From assembly GCA_043228905.1 (NCBI GenBank), contig JBHGNT010000002.1:27776001-27840000 (forward strand): a stretch of 64,000 nt of DNA, read 5' to 3'. The position numbers and the translations under genes were made by a program. Each line of letters starts with the position of its first letter. The first letter of the stretch is position 1. Shown here piece by piece: positions 11,948 to 24,996 of the stretch. Below the pieces are notes generated by a model, which ran no database searches, was not told the DNA's origin, and worked only from the letters and a program-made list of their open reading frames with translations. The DNA comes from Azolla caroliniana (Eukaryota > Plantae > Polypodiophyta).

Positions 11948-12429
11948 CATAGTATGAACCATACGTACCATACATGCATTTGCATTCGTGAATGTTTTTT
12001 TCTTATTTTTTATCTTTGGCTCGCCCGAAGGCTACAACTCACACGAAGTCCTGTTTTATTAGCACCTGCGTCGTCGCCACTATCTTCGTCGTCGTCACTT
12101 ACGGGCACAAACCGCCCTTTTTAGGTACCACATGTATGTTGGTGCGGGGAGACTTGAACCTCCAACCTAGCGGTTGGAGTGTCCCCCCATTACCATTACA
12201 CCAATACATCACGGGTAAGAAAAACACGCTCAAAGAATGATAAATACCATACTTTTGGATTACCTACTTATTATGAGGTAAATAAGCCTAAAAAATGGGA
12301 AAAAACAAAAAAAAAAACATTTAAAATATGGGGAAAAAAACACAAGAATGTTTGAATAACATTCGCATTCGTTTTCTAACGTACGAAAATGAATGTTATG
12401 CTAGATGAAAACGAATTTTACATACTATC
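11948..12429. mobile_element. Non-autonomous hAT-like MITE with 8-bp TSD
   Basis: TSD GTCTTGTG at 11940-11947 and 12430-12437; termini CATAGTATG.../...CATACTATC (inverted, 1 mismatch); subterminal CATTCG/GAATG motifs. Confidence 0.7.
11996..12216 (-). mobile_element. tRNA-derived SINE nested in the MITE
   Basis: Minus strand reads A-box-like TGGTGTAATGG, CTCCAA anticodon-like loop, B-box-like GGTTCAAGTC, a GC-rich body and an A-rich tail AAAGATAAAAAATAAGAAAAAA. The acceptor stem does not pair, so this is not a functional tRNA. Confidence 0.7.
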
Positions 12430-12745
12430 GTCTTGTGTATGAGGAGGTCACACATGATATTTGGGAAATCCTACAAGATTGTATTAGCTTTCAAAAGCTA
12501 GGAATAAATCATATTTTGACAATTATAGACATTCCCTTTCATTTATTTTACCAAAAAATCGACCTTATGAAGATGCAAACAATGAATTCGGAAATAAATT
12601 TAGTTTTTTCCTTTTTCTTTTTGTTTGACCATGTTTAAATCCCCATTTACAAAGTGTTCGTCACTAGATTCCTCTCCACTTGAGGTTGATTTGCGTCACG
12701 AATATATGATGACTCAGGAAAGCCTAAGGAGGATTGCACTCACAA

Positions 12746-13485
12746 GTTACATTGCATATGTTGCACGAAATTGTAAAATTGGCTTTTCCATGAGTGCTTA
12801 AATCAAACTAACCCACACATCCATGTGCTTCCAATCCGCCACCACTTACTTCACAATGTCTTCAATATGAGTTAGTTGTTGTGGGATTGACAAAATTACT
12901 TGTTGACTTTGCATGTTTTTTCCCAAACAAGCATGCTAGTTTGAGTATGACACATTTGTAGTTGGCTCCATTTTTTACCACAATATTTGAGGTTTCCTTC
13001 CTCGTGTCTTTGTGGACCAAGGTCCAATACCTACATATTTCTATCATTGGCATGCCACAAAGTGCACTATCTATTGCAATGCTCGTCAATAGGATGATTG
13101 GCACACACATGCTACATTGCATATGTTGCACAAAAATGTTACACGAAAGTATAAAATTGGCTTTTCCATGAGTGCTTAAATCAAACTAACCCACACATTA
13201 AGACTTATCCATGTGCTTCCAATCCGCTACCACTTACCACACTATGTCTTCAATATGAGTTTGTGGTTGGGACATTGACAAAAAGACTTGTTGACTTTGC
13301 ATGTTTTTTCCCAAACAAGCATGCTAATCCGAGTATGACACATTTGTAGTTGGCTCCATTTTTTACCACAAATTTGAGTTTTCCTTCCTCGCGTCTTTGT
13401 GGACCAATACCTACATATTTCTATCATTGTCATTCCACAAAGTGCACTATCTATTGTAATGCTTATTAATAGGATGATTGAACAC
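12746..13485. repeat. Tandem duplication, two copies of ~365-375 bp
   Basis: TACATTGCATATGTTGCAC...AAAATTGGCTTTTCCATGAGTGCTTAAATCAAACTAACCCACAC...AATAGGATGATTG recurs near 12746 and 13111. Confidence 0.85.
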
Positions 13486-16083
13486 AAAGAGTCAATTATC
13501 AACTCCATGACAAAATTTGTCGCATTAATCATGTATGTCATATTTCACCTCCAAGAATGTTAGTAATATCTACCTATGTATGTATGTATATGTCCATATA
13601 TATATACACACATACATACTACAAAAACATTACAATTGAAAACCTACAAGGAAATGATGGGGTGTAACATACCATATCTTATCATCCCAATACCATTCAA
13701 AGAGAGAAGGGCAATCAATGTTTATCACATTCATAGCCATGATCTTGAAACTAATTAGAATGGAGAAGCCTAGTTTGGTTGATCTCATATGCATGGTCTA
13801 CGTCATTTAGGAGATTAGGGATGGTGAGCATCTCACACTATGACATGAAGCATTGACAACCATCCAACAATGCCACCCACCGTCACTTATCCAATGCACC
13901 AATTCCATGTGATGTCTCTAAGTAGGACATATTATATTATGCCTCTTAGAAACATATACATTCTCTATTTACATGTAATAGCAACCTTAAGAATATATAT
14001 CTCATAGATGTGGCTACGCCCTTTGCACCCACAAAGGGGACATTTATGTTGATCGTCTCTTTTGATAACATTATTATGTTTATGATGTCCTAAGGAAGTT
14101 AAAATGTCATCATCACCACCATCGTGTGCACACACATTGATTCTAGGGTTTCATACTCTTATAAGGTAATATGGACCACATCATGCTCAAAGCACACATA
14201 AACACTTTAGATAGAGACATTGTAACTAGTTTGGACCACATTCTTATACACTTTATAATTATTGCTCCAAAGCTATTTGGAATACGTACATTATACAATT
14301 GTTATATATGAAGAAATTTTAATTACAAAACGATTGGCAATGTGGTTATAGATATGGATGCTCCCTCTTTAGAAGAAGAGGGTATTCATTATCATTTTAT
14401 CATGATGAATCATGTTTGATCACTAAATCGAGTTCCATATTTTCAGAAGAAAATAAAATTGTATGTCAGCTTTTTTTGGACTCGATCCCTATGAAGATTT
14501 TCTTCTCAATATGTAAATATAATGTTTCTCTTTCTTGTTTCATTCATGTAGCAAATGGTAGGTAAATAGTAACATCAATGCGTTCCAACATATCTAGTTC
14601 TCAGGAGAATGATCCAACCTTATATTTTCCCATTGTTAGTTAGACGTAGGAATAACAAAGAGATCGTAAAAGAAATGATTTCCCAAGTGTGAGGATTTTC
14701 CATAACTTTCTTCATGAAATACTGTTGTAGACCAAAGATGTACCTATGGCTCACTTTTTTATATAAAATTCCTCCACATCGCACTAAATAATACATATAA
14801 AAAGATTGATCCTTTATTCACGTGACTTAGCACTTCTTCGTGATGATTGAAAAATAAGATCCTCTTAATCATATTTTTGAATAACAAATTATAGCAAACG
14901 TGCTGCAATATATGTAGGATACAAGTTGCGAAATGCAAAGGATGCAAAACAAAGGAACTGGTATAAAACTAACAAAGGAGGCAAAACAAATGCTAGAAAT
15001 GTTCGGCATATTTGACATTGAAATTAATTTACATTGTGAGGTTCATATTTCCCAATGAGGTATCATTTACATTGTTGTATCCTCCTTGACCTTATTAAGA
15101 TTATAATAAATGACAGGTGCATCTTCTTGTGGCAGTTACCTTCACTAAATTTGCTTAGTGAGTACTCTTGTATTCAATTGATGTCATCATACACTTATCA
15201 AGTCCATTTAGAAGGCAAAAATATGTTCATTTAGAAAAAAATTATTCAACTTACTACATCTCTAGTTAAAAACACATGTAGGTTTTTTGGGAACAAAAAC
15301 AGGCATAGGTGTAGCTAATGAACTTGTACTTTCAAATGAATAAATACAGAAAATTTACTCCTCTGAAAACATTTTATTTCAAGGATTGCTCTTTTCCATG
15401 AGAAAAGAATCTTTCTTTACTCTCTTGTCATTGGCTTAGTGTCATGGATAAGTAGAACAGAGTAGAACCAATACAAGAGATTAAATACTAAAAGAGAGAA
15501 GAGGCAAGAGAAAGGTAACAAGAACTCAACTTATGTTTCTATAACTGGTGTTGTTCACCTTGATTGGAATCAAGGTGCACCCAAGTATTTATACAAGAAG
15601 GTGGAGGTATGCATGCAAGCTAAGAATATTCTAGAGAATGCATGAGGATGCAGGCAAACTAGGAATATTCTAAAAAGTTATAGTGTTTAATATACAATGC
15701 ATCAAGTTGATTTTTATTTTATTTTAAAGAAAGATACACTTTGGTATTATAAAATCATTAGCAATACAAAAGTTGATGGTTGGTTCAGTGAGAACAACAA
15801 CAACACCAAAACAAAGCTAATGCCACCCATAAATCCATCCATCCATTCAGGAGGAGAGAAGAACCTAAAAACATTTTCAATTCTGCTTTTGCTTCAAACA
15901 TCATGTCCCACATATGGTGTTCTTGATACAAATTCCTATTATAAATGGATCTCGTTATAATATAATCTAATTATTATGTTAATGTTGTGACACTTAGTGT
16001 ATTCACTTATACGTCAAAGTCCTAAATTTGGGAGAATTGCACCACCACTTAGGCTTTGTCTCATATCTCTTGTGGACATTAAA

Positions 16084-16120
<37 letters not shown>

Positions 16121-16236
16121 TTAGGTGTAAATTTGTGGAAACGCCCATGTCTAGGTGTCAAATAACATCGTGATAAAACTTGCCAAATTTGAGAAATGTA
16201 ACTCTAAATCTAACAAGTAATCAGACATTGTATAAA

Positions 16237-17450
16237 TCAATGAGTACTATCTTCCATTTGAATAGTGCAAAAGCAACAATTACCCATTGCTAGTCCACAA
16301 CACTTTAGAGCTAGTCCCAAAGGAAATTCTCTAATCAAAACTTTACAAATGAAGATCTTTGTCACAAGTGGCAATTTAGAATGCCAACTATGTTGTAAGA
16401 TCTGCCACCACCCACGATCAAATTTGTGTATTTTCCATTCTTTTTCAACCTTAAACGATAGCCATCCAAGAGACTCAATAGAGCAATGATGTAACAACGA
16501 CGTTTGACCTCGTAAACACCAATCAATCCACAATTGTTCTCCTATTTGTAGAGGTAAGGGACCTTGCAACAATACAATATTTTGTAGTTGTTGCCAAATA
16601 AACCCATAATTAGGTGGGATGCGTAATAATTGTCGCGCTTCAACAAACTCCAAAATTCTTTGAGATGGAGTTTCAACTATATCTCCCACGTCTTTGATCC
16701 CCAAATGAAACAAACGATTAAATTGAGAGCACAAACGATTACCCATTTCTAGTCCCCAACGCTTTAGAGCTAATCCCAAAGGAAATCCTCCAACCAAAAC
16801 TCTACAAATGAAGACCTTTGTTATAAGTGGCAATTTAGAATGCCAACTACGTTGTAAGATCTACCACCACCCATGATCAAATTTGTGTATTTTCCATCCT
16901 TTTTCAATCTTAGATGATAACCATCTAAGAGACTCAACGAAGCAATGATGTAACAACAACGTTTGACCCCGTAAACACCAATCAATCCCTAGTTGTTCTC
17001 ATATTTGTAGAGGTAAGGGACCTTGCAACAATACAATATTTTGTAGTTGTTGCCAAATAAACCCACAATTAGGTGGGATGCATAATAATTGTCGCACTTT
17101 AACAAAGTCCAAAATTATTTGAGACGGAGCTTTAACTATATCTCCCACATCTTTGACCCCCAAACGAAACAAACGATTAAATTGAGAGCGCAATCTCTCC
17201 TTTCCTAGCCAACATAATAAGTTAACCGGGAAGACACAAGTAACTCTTTTTGCAAAGAATTGCAATGCTCTTTACTAGATGATGGTTTTCATACACATAA
17301 CAAGAGTGCTTCTTGCCATGAAGTAACCAAGTGTTGAACACACGAAGAGCCCGGGAGTATTATTGATAAAGCTTGATCATCAATTGATGAATATTCTTTA
17401 ATAAATATAAGCATGAAACAATGGGTAAATTTCTTTTTCCACATATTTAA
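16237..17450 (-). mobile_element. LINE ORF2 C-terminal relic with an internal 459-bp tandem duplication
   Basis: WHSKLPLVTKIFICKVL..FPLGLALK..GL..GNCCFCTIQMEDSTH is zf-RVT-like. The block at 16282-16730 is repeated at 16741-17189. Confidence 0.75.
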
Positions 17451-19853
17451 GACATTGATTATAAGCCATAAATAGCTTCAAATTAGGAATATAGAAAGCA
17501 ATGGAGCATACTCTAGTCACTCATCAGGGGAGGCACAATGACAAGGGTTGGTGTTTGACAAAGTTCTATGGTTGCCCATTGCCTAGGAAGGATCCCCCAT
17601 AGAGGACATTGTAATTATCCACAAGAGGTTTAAGTCATCCCATCATTTCTATATGATGCCACTCAAAGCAATGCTCAAGGTCGTCCACCATACCCAAGAA
17701 TGTAACCAAAATAGTCTTCATAAAGAAATCTTTGGCACTTGTGACATTTTGAAGAAGAGCAACTTCAACAATTCTAGCAAATATAGATTTTACAATAGGG
17801 GCTAAAGTAAATGAACTCAACTAATGTGTTGGTTCTATTTTGTCATACCATCTTTCATTTACGTAAATGAAAGGGTATATTCACAAATTTGATGTCAAGC
17901 ACTTCCATCACGAACATGTAATCTTTTGTTACATTTTCTATATCTTTCTACCTATGTGTCAACGTTTTTTATATGCTCCACATTTTTTTATATTCAACAC
18001 ACTTGAAAATGCTCGAAGTTTTTTAGTCTTGACCTTACAAAAGCAATTTGTTGGAGTAATGTTTTTGTTATGACTTTCTATCGTGAATATTAGGTTCTCA
18101 TATTCCTCTTTAATTTTAACAAGAAAACATTTAATTTTCCATTTGTAGTTTAATCTCAACGAAACTTTTACCTCAGGCTAACATCCTTCTAAAATCAAGA
18201 AAGGTGGCAAAGAAGATGATAACTAAGTTTGGCCCTAACTAGAAGCCAATTCATGCATGCAAAAGTGATTGTATCCTTTTCCTAGGCAAGTATGAGATGT
18301 CTACCTATTGTCATGCTTATGGCACATCACACTGTATAGTGTAAGGATTGTAACATTCCAAGAAAGGTATTACGTCATTGTCCATTGACACCATGTATAC
18401 AACACAAGGTCCATACATTGGGTCTCTCAATTCTTATTGATTGGTGTTGCATTAGTAGTAGTATGAATGACATTACTAGAATTTTAGCTAAATTTCCCAC
18501 ATCTAAACATGAAGAAAAAAGGAGTGTAACAGAAAGGTATTATGCCATTGCTCATTGGCTCCATGAATAGAAGAAATGTGGTTTCGTATATCAACTCTCT
18601 CAAATCTTATGGATTGGCATTGCATTAGTAATTTAGTAGTAGTAAAAATGACATATTAGGATTTTAGCCAAATGTCCCACATTTAAGCATGTAGAAAATA
18701 TGTAGCCAAATTTTAAGGCAGACAAGAAACATAAAACTTGAACGGAGTAGACTATGTGTAGCTATTTTCAATATAATCATCAAAATGGTCGACCTAGCCA
18801 ATCATCGTAATATAGTATAATCTACTACCATATCTAGGAATATTAATCTTGGGAAGACATAGTGTTTCATTATGAATCATTTTTCACATCGATGGCACGA
18901 CTCTCTCAAAATGAAACACATGATTGGATTAATTTTATTGGTAATACTCATTACCATTCCTAATATATTAAGGTTTGATGATAATTAATAGATCGCGTGT
19001 TAACAATCAAATGTGTAGCCCTTAGTCATAAACGCTTGCTTGGTACCTTCAATATGCAATATCATATATCATTGGGGGTCATTGTCTAGATGGATTTCCT
19101 TAAAGGAAATATCTTTGAGAGATATACCATGAAGAAAGAGGGAAGTTATTGAGCTTGTGTTTTTAATATAGAAAGAATTCCCTATATCTTTCTTTGATAT
19201 TTAGGTGCATGTTTTGATTAACCTTGCTAGTTGAACTTCCAAGTGTAATTAATGCCCAATGGATGTTTTGGGTGGAGAGATTCATGTGCATGTTGAAGAG
19301 GTTTGTGCATCAAATATCATGGCCAAAAAGATCAATGGCAAAGGGATGACTACATAGAGAATGCATGTAATGCCTTTGCCTCTCTTATTATTTGCCATAT
19401 GTATTGGATGAAACACTTGTTACTTGGACACATGTGGATAACATCTACAAACACAAAAGCTAGATGAGTTATGGCCCCCATCAAGAGGTCAAAGATGAGG
19501 AGCATCTCACACTACAATGTGAAATATTCATGACCATCGTATTATAGTAATTATGCATGATATCTCTGAGCTACACACAACGATTCTGAGAGAATTAGAA
19601 TTTCTATCATCCATAAAGAGGCCAGTTTTGACGTATGGGACCAGAGTATACATGTGTTCTTGATATGTGTCTCCTTCCTAAGAAGGGGTATTCATACATT
19701 CATAGAGAGAGACAGAGAGACAGAGAGACATGTTCCACTACCCATGTAGTGTAGTTAGTGGGTGACCATACTCCATTGTCACACCCATTGTAAGTAGTGT
19801 TTTTTACACACATTTATTAATATAATTGTGTGTTTTCACCAAGAGAGAGAGAG

Positions 19854-19887
<34 letters not shown>

Positions 19888-20714
19888 TGTGAGCCTAGTT
19901 TGGGACTTGTGTCTTGAATGCCTTGCATTATATTATTTTCTTTACCAACCAATTCTCTTTGATTCCCTTTACTACGACAATAACCCTACATATGGTGTCA
20001 TGGCCCATCATTACTAGCATGTCATCTAATTTACCTCTCATGATGTTGTCAATGATTATGGACTTACAATCCATCAATTTATTTCACTCTTGTCCCCCAA
20101 TAGATCATGACGTCAACATGCAACAACACAATTTGAAAACCAATCAATAATTGCAATATGTTCCTCACAAGGGACAAGGTGTGCAAGGTTCTTGTCTATT
20201 ATTCTAGGCACTTGTCTTCTTGTAATGACTAGATGCATACAAAGTTTGAAATCAACTTTATACATGAAACGCATAGGCTAAAGATCTAGATATTTGACTT
20301 GTCCAAAATTCGTAAGCTTAGTTGTGATGGTAAAACTATCATTCTCACCTCAAAGGTTTCACACCTTAATCATCACTCGTCCCCACATATGTATTCATGG
20401 TAAATTTGTCTTCTACTCCATATTTCAATGAGTGAACTTACTTTTCTTACCCACAAATTTTCCTATCTATAAGACCACATGTTTTCTAGTCTAGAACTTC
20501 ATATTCTTTACAAAGTACTTTCATTGCAATGTTTTACAATCTAATGGAGCATATTGTTAGAGAACTATACAGATCTATATAAAGCGAGTTAGAGATCAAG
20601 GTGCTCATTTTTTGCAAGAGTCGCCATGCTAAAGGCTTATTGACTTGTATCATTTCACCCCAAAATGTGAGCCAAGTCATATATAAGTAATGGTGTGCAC
20701 TAAGGGATGGGCCC

Positions 20715-20746
<32 letters not shown>

Positions 20747-20953
20747 ACCACAAATGGGACTAGTGCAACACAAGCCTATGAGAAAAACTCAACACTATAT
20801 ATGTTTTTGAGGACAGTAAGACTTGAGAAAGTATACACCACTCCCGACTCATATTTCACATTACGAAAAGTGAAGACTGAGTGACTTCCCTATGACACAA
20901 TGAATTCTAATACAAACATTTTAAGGTGGTGTGGGCATTCATCAATGTGTACA

Positions 20954-22856
20954 CTAAGCTCCACAGTATTGCATTAGATTAGATGACTCTGTTTTTGTAA
21001 CCATAGGAAAAGTCTTCGTGATTTTATTGATAGCTGTTTCATCTACTTTCTTGTATTGCTTGAATGCTTCCTCACAGCTATGCCATGTATATAGCTCAAT
21101 CCGATCTTCATATGTTTCATATACAAATTGGAATTTTATGCAATATGACAACAGCTACACATGATTAGAAAACAAAGAGTATTAGACTCTAGACCACCAT
21201 CACTGTCTAAACAAACTCTAAGAGTACAATTAAGTGTCAACAACCCTGATCTACAGGCTAAAATTGGGTTCATTTGCTAGAAGGTTCAATGAGTTTTTGG
21301 TCTTGTGAAACAGAACAATATCATGTTGAACTATTTACAGCTCAGCTGCAAAAAAATTGTTGCATTTCTTGTGATTTCCTATTTATGAATCTAACATTAT
21401 AATTGTAATGCATGTCATTTATTAGGGCTATACCAATGCAAACTGTAGACAATCTCAGTCATGCAGATCAAAACACATGGTCAATATTCTAGAATTGCTT
21501 AATGAACCCAACAGGCTTGCTTTTGCTGCACTGAGCTCAACCATCAACCAGACTCCCATCACAAAATAATATTTGATTTAATTTCATGCACAAAAAAGGA
21601 AGCTCAGACAATGAATGAGGAAATTAAAGAAAGCTGAATGATAAGGATTTACGAATTCTAAAAAAGGAAGCTCGTGACCAATTACTGCACAATATGTGTT
21701 CTCATAGTTTCCTATGTTTTTATCCATGTAACAGAAAATTCAGCTCGTTAAGAAATATTTTCCTAATACTTTCTAAGATTTTGGGTATAACATGGAATCT
21801 CAGCTCATCACTAAAGAAAATCTTCTTAAACATTGCTTCAAGGATATACAAGAAGATTACCAAGGTAAGAGAATGTCAAAAAGTGAATCCAGCCTTCCAA
21901 TACTGATAAACCCCATAATATATCACCATAGTATGAAGAGCATATCAATGTTTGAAGGCACTATGTCAGCAAAACCCTAACTGCTATTAGTATAAAATTG
22001 GGAAAACACTCCATACTATTGTCATCAAAATTAATAAGATATTAGCAAGTGCTATTAACTCATACCAGTAACCTTAATAGCTAAATTCCTTAAATCCCTA
22101 TAAGTGACAAGGAATATGAACACTCATTATTTCAATTGTATTTACAATAATATGCAATAAGAAATAAGGCAGAGTACCTTCACTTTATGAGTTTCAATTG
22201 TATATATTGTATCACCACCAATGATCTGAGATCATTTCATATTCTCCTCTGCGTTAATTCTTTACCTTACCTTCACTTCATGAGTTTCTATTGTATAATT
22301 GTATCACCTACAATCCTCTGAGGCCATTTCATGTTCTCCTCCGCATTTTCTATATCTTATTACGTCATTGATGTGTTAATACTATTTGTATACTGGTATT
22401 TCTAATCTGCAAGCCTCCATTATAGACTTATCTTGGAAAACTGTTCAAAAAATTTCCCAAGTGCTATATGATGAGCAATAGCTAGCACTTTGTTTATTTC
22501 TCCACGCTACACTAGGTCAAGGGCATTTGCAAATTCCTCTGAAATATAGAGATCAGGCAAGGTGGAGGAGGCCTATCCAGTAAAACATAAAAAAAAGACA
22601 TAAACATAGATAGATTATAAGCTTTTGCCATTGAGCAGAATAATAAAAAATACACTTATTTAATGCTACTTCTCAAAACTATTCAGAAACACTGTAAAGA
22701 TTGATCAAACAAATAGAACTGTTGAGTAGCATTAAGTTTGAAGTTACTGACAACAAAGTGTAGCCAGAAAATGCTCCAAAATGAAATATGCAACTGTCGT
22801 CCCACTCAAAATTCCAGCTGAAATGAATTTGTTGCACCATAGAAGAGCATCCGCAG
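20954..22856 (-). pseudogene. Reticulon (RTNLB12/16-like) intron-containing pseudogene; exon remnants 22856-22679, 22572-22432, ~21935-21861, 21154-20954
   Basis: Peptides AADALLWCNKFISAGILSGTTVAYFILE/SGYTLLSVTSNLMLL, PPP/LPDLYISEEFANALDLV*RGEINKVLAIAHHIALGK, LWGLSVLEGWIHFLTFSYLG and YETYEDRIELY...FKQYKKVDE follow the reticulon homology domain in order. Frameshifts, in-frame stops and a GT>AT donor at 22431 disable it. Confidence 0.8.
22175..22347. repeat. ~92-bp tandem duplication in a reticulon pseudogene intron
   Basis: TACCTTCACTT.ATGAGTTTC.ATTG...CATTTCAT.TTCTCCTC.GC occurs at 22175 and 22268. Confidence 0.8.
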
Positions 22857-23699
22857 CTGATTAAAACATGCCTACATTTTAATCCAGTACTATAGTCACG
22901 AATCAACAATATAACAGTTCATGGAAATGAGGCAAAGTTAGAACATAACAATCCAAACACGTGATCATTTTCTTCTGGTGGTTGGTTGCAAAGAAAACCA
23001 TTTAAACAGTAGGAAAATATACATTGAATATTATCTTTATTCTATCAATGAGATTACAAACCATGCAAGGCTACAAATAACCAAGAATATTTCGGAATCT
23101 CGCAGAATATGTGATGCACTTCTGAATTCTCAGGCATGAATCCTCATAATGGATTTACTAAAATGTATGCACCAATTTAATCAGAGAGCGAATGGCAGAC
23201 AGTTTGTTGAACAAAGGCAACACAACGGAAAGTTCAAATATGGAAATAGAACAGTGAAAAGTGAATTTAGTAAAAACTATATCCAATCTTATGGTAACAA
23301 AAGAGATGATACCAATAGTGGACATTTGCTTTCAAAAAAGAGAGTTAACTGGAGTATTTTTTGGAAGAGGATCATTAGGTAATGATACAATCAGTATGAA
23401 AACATCTATGGATACTGGCAATGCCATGAACAAATCAGCCAAGATAAACCGTAATTGACAACAAAATATTTCAAGTTCCACGGTGGATTTGAACAAATTT
23501 GTGCGTTCCCACAAGTGTGCCTTGACATTCAGATCTATGTTTAAGGAACATGCTCAGAGAACTCCGCGAATAGATGGATAAGTATCTTCATGACCATCTG
23601 AAAGTGACGCCTTTGCGTGACGTAGACTTGAAACACTAAATTATGATTTTATTATGCAGACAAAACTCTAAGGTTACATAATTTTCATGATTATATATC

Positions 23700-23930
23700 T
23701 AAGGCAAAGCTAGTGATTCATAAGCCCTAAGGTTGTGGATTCAAGCATGGATTTGATTTTTCATTCATTATAAAACCTCTACAGAATTGTAGTTTTAACT
23801 AGCCACTTGAGCTCGAACACATAAGCATAATGGTTTAATGGTATTATATAGTGCTTGTGATTGTAATTCTTAAAGTTGTGGATTCACTACTCATGCATGG
23901 ATTTGATGTTGCATTCATTATAAAACGTCT
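23700..23930 (+). repeat. Two degenerate tandem units with tRNA/SINE-like heads
   Basis: GTGATT...AAG.TTGTGGATTCA...GCATGGATTTGAT.TT.CATTCATTATAAAAC twice. An A-box-like TGGTTTAATGG lies at ~23831, with anticodon-arm and B-box-like segments. Confidence 0.4.
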
Positions 23931-24960
23931 TCATAACTCGTCTCTGTCCGTAGAAGGAGCCCGTGATTCTTTGAGCTTTTCTTCCTCCATAGGAAAGATA
24001 GACCACCTGAGAAGACTCTGAGACTTTGGAAACCATGGGCGCATATGTAAGGAAAATACTGTTTGTGTTATATGCTTACACTAGAAAATGTGATGAAATC
24101 TGCAGTAGAAAATCAAAGCTAAAATTTCGAGAAAACCAACTGAATGCGTGTATATAAGTTCATCTATATGTGAATGTATTTATTACGTATTAAGAGATAA
24201 AAACATGACATATTTATTTCCGGAAACCATGGCTCGGAGGTAAGGAATTATAACTAGGTCTCCTCACGCAACAAATGTGGTTTACATATGCAGAAGAATC
24301 CATGGAACGCTTGACATGAATATTTTGTATCTTACTTACGTGTATACTGGAGGCAAGCAATAAACCAAAATTACTTTAGAGTACATGGCAAGCTTGAAAA
24401 TGAGGGAAAAAAAAATTTCTTTGTCTCTCCATTACAACAGAAAATAAAAGCAAAAAGCATAGAGAGAAAGAGAGAGAAAGAGGCAACAGGAGAAATCATG
24501 GACAAGACACAGGGGACAAAAAAGCAAAAGAGATTTTTTTTATTTTTTTTCAAGGGATGGGGGAGACAAAAGCAAAAATGATAGGTTAAAAAAAAACAGT
24601 AGTATCCATGGAAAGAGTGTGGAAATGATTTTTGCCATTAATTCATTCATTCATACCTGTGCTCAGTGCAGGGCAATGACGAAGCAAGCAGATAGAAACC
24701 CTAAAGAAAGCAAGCCCTTCTTCGGTTCCACAGAGCTAAGTGTTGTGTGTGTGTGTGTGTTTAATTTGGAGGGTCATGGTGGGGGTGGATTAATTGATGG
24801 CCTTCTCTATGAAGGATCTCTCTCTAGCTCTTGTCTCTTGTCTCTGCTTGGCAATGACAATAAGTCTCGGGTTTGGAGTGTGTTTTGTTCGAGCGAACCA
24901 TTGTAGTCTAGTAGTTGATGATCAATTTATCAGTCGCAAGGGGCTACTTGAAAATGTATG

Positions 24961-24996
<36 letters not shown>

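Noticed and set aside
12140-12216. Functional tRNA-Trp gene
   Set aside because: The acceptor and anticodon stems do not pair properly, and it is followed by a body and A-tail, so it is better explained as a SINE.
15440-15680. Solo-LTR-like segment with a TATA motif
   Set aside because: No matching TG...CA ends or TSD could be established.
13810-19700. Short shared motifs at ~13820/19495 and ~14360/19670
   Set aside because: Probably an old dispersed repeat family; boundaries cannot be defined and nothing suggests paired LTRs.
21779-21865. Plus-strand exon DFGYNMESQL...YQG|GTAAG
   Set aside because: It has no partner exons, and the region is explained by the minus-strand reticulon pseudogene.
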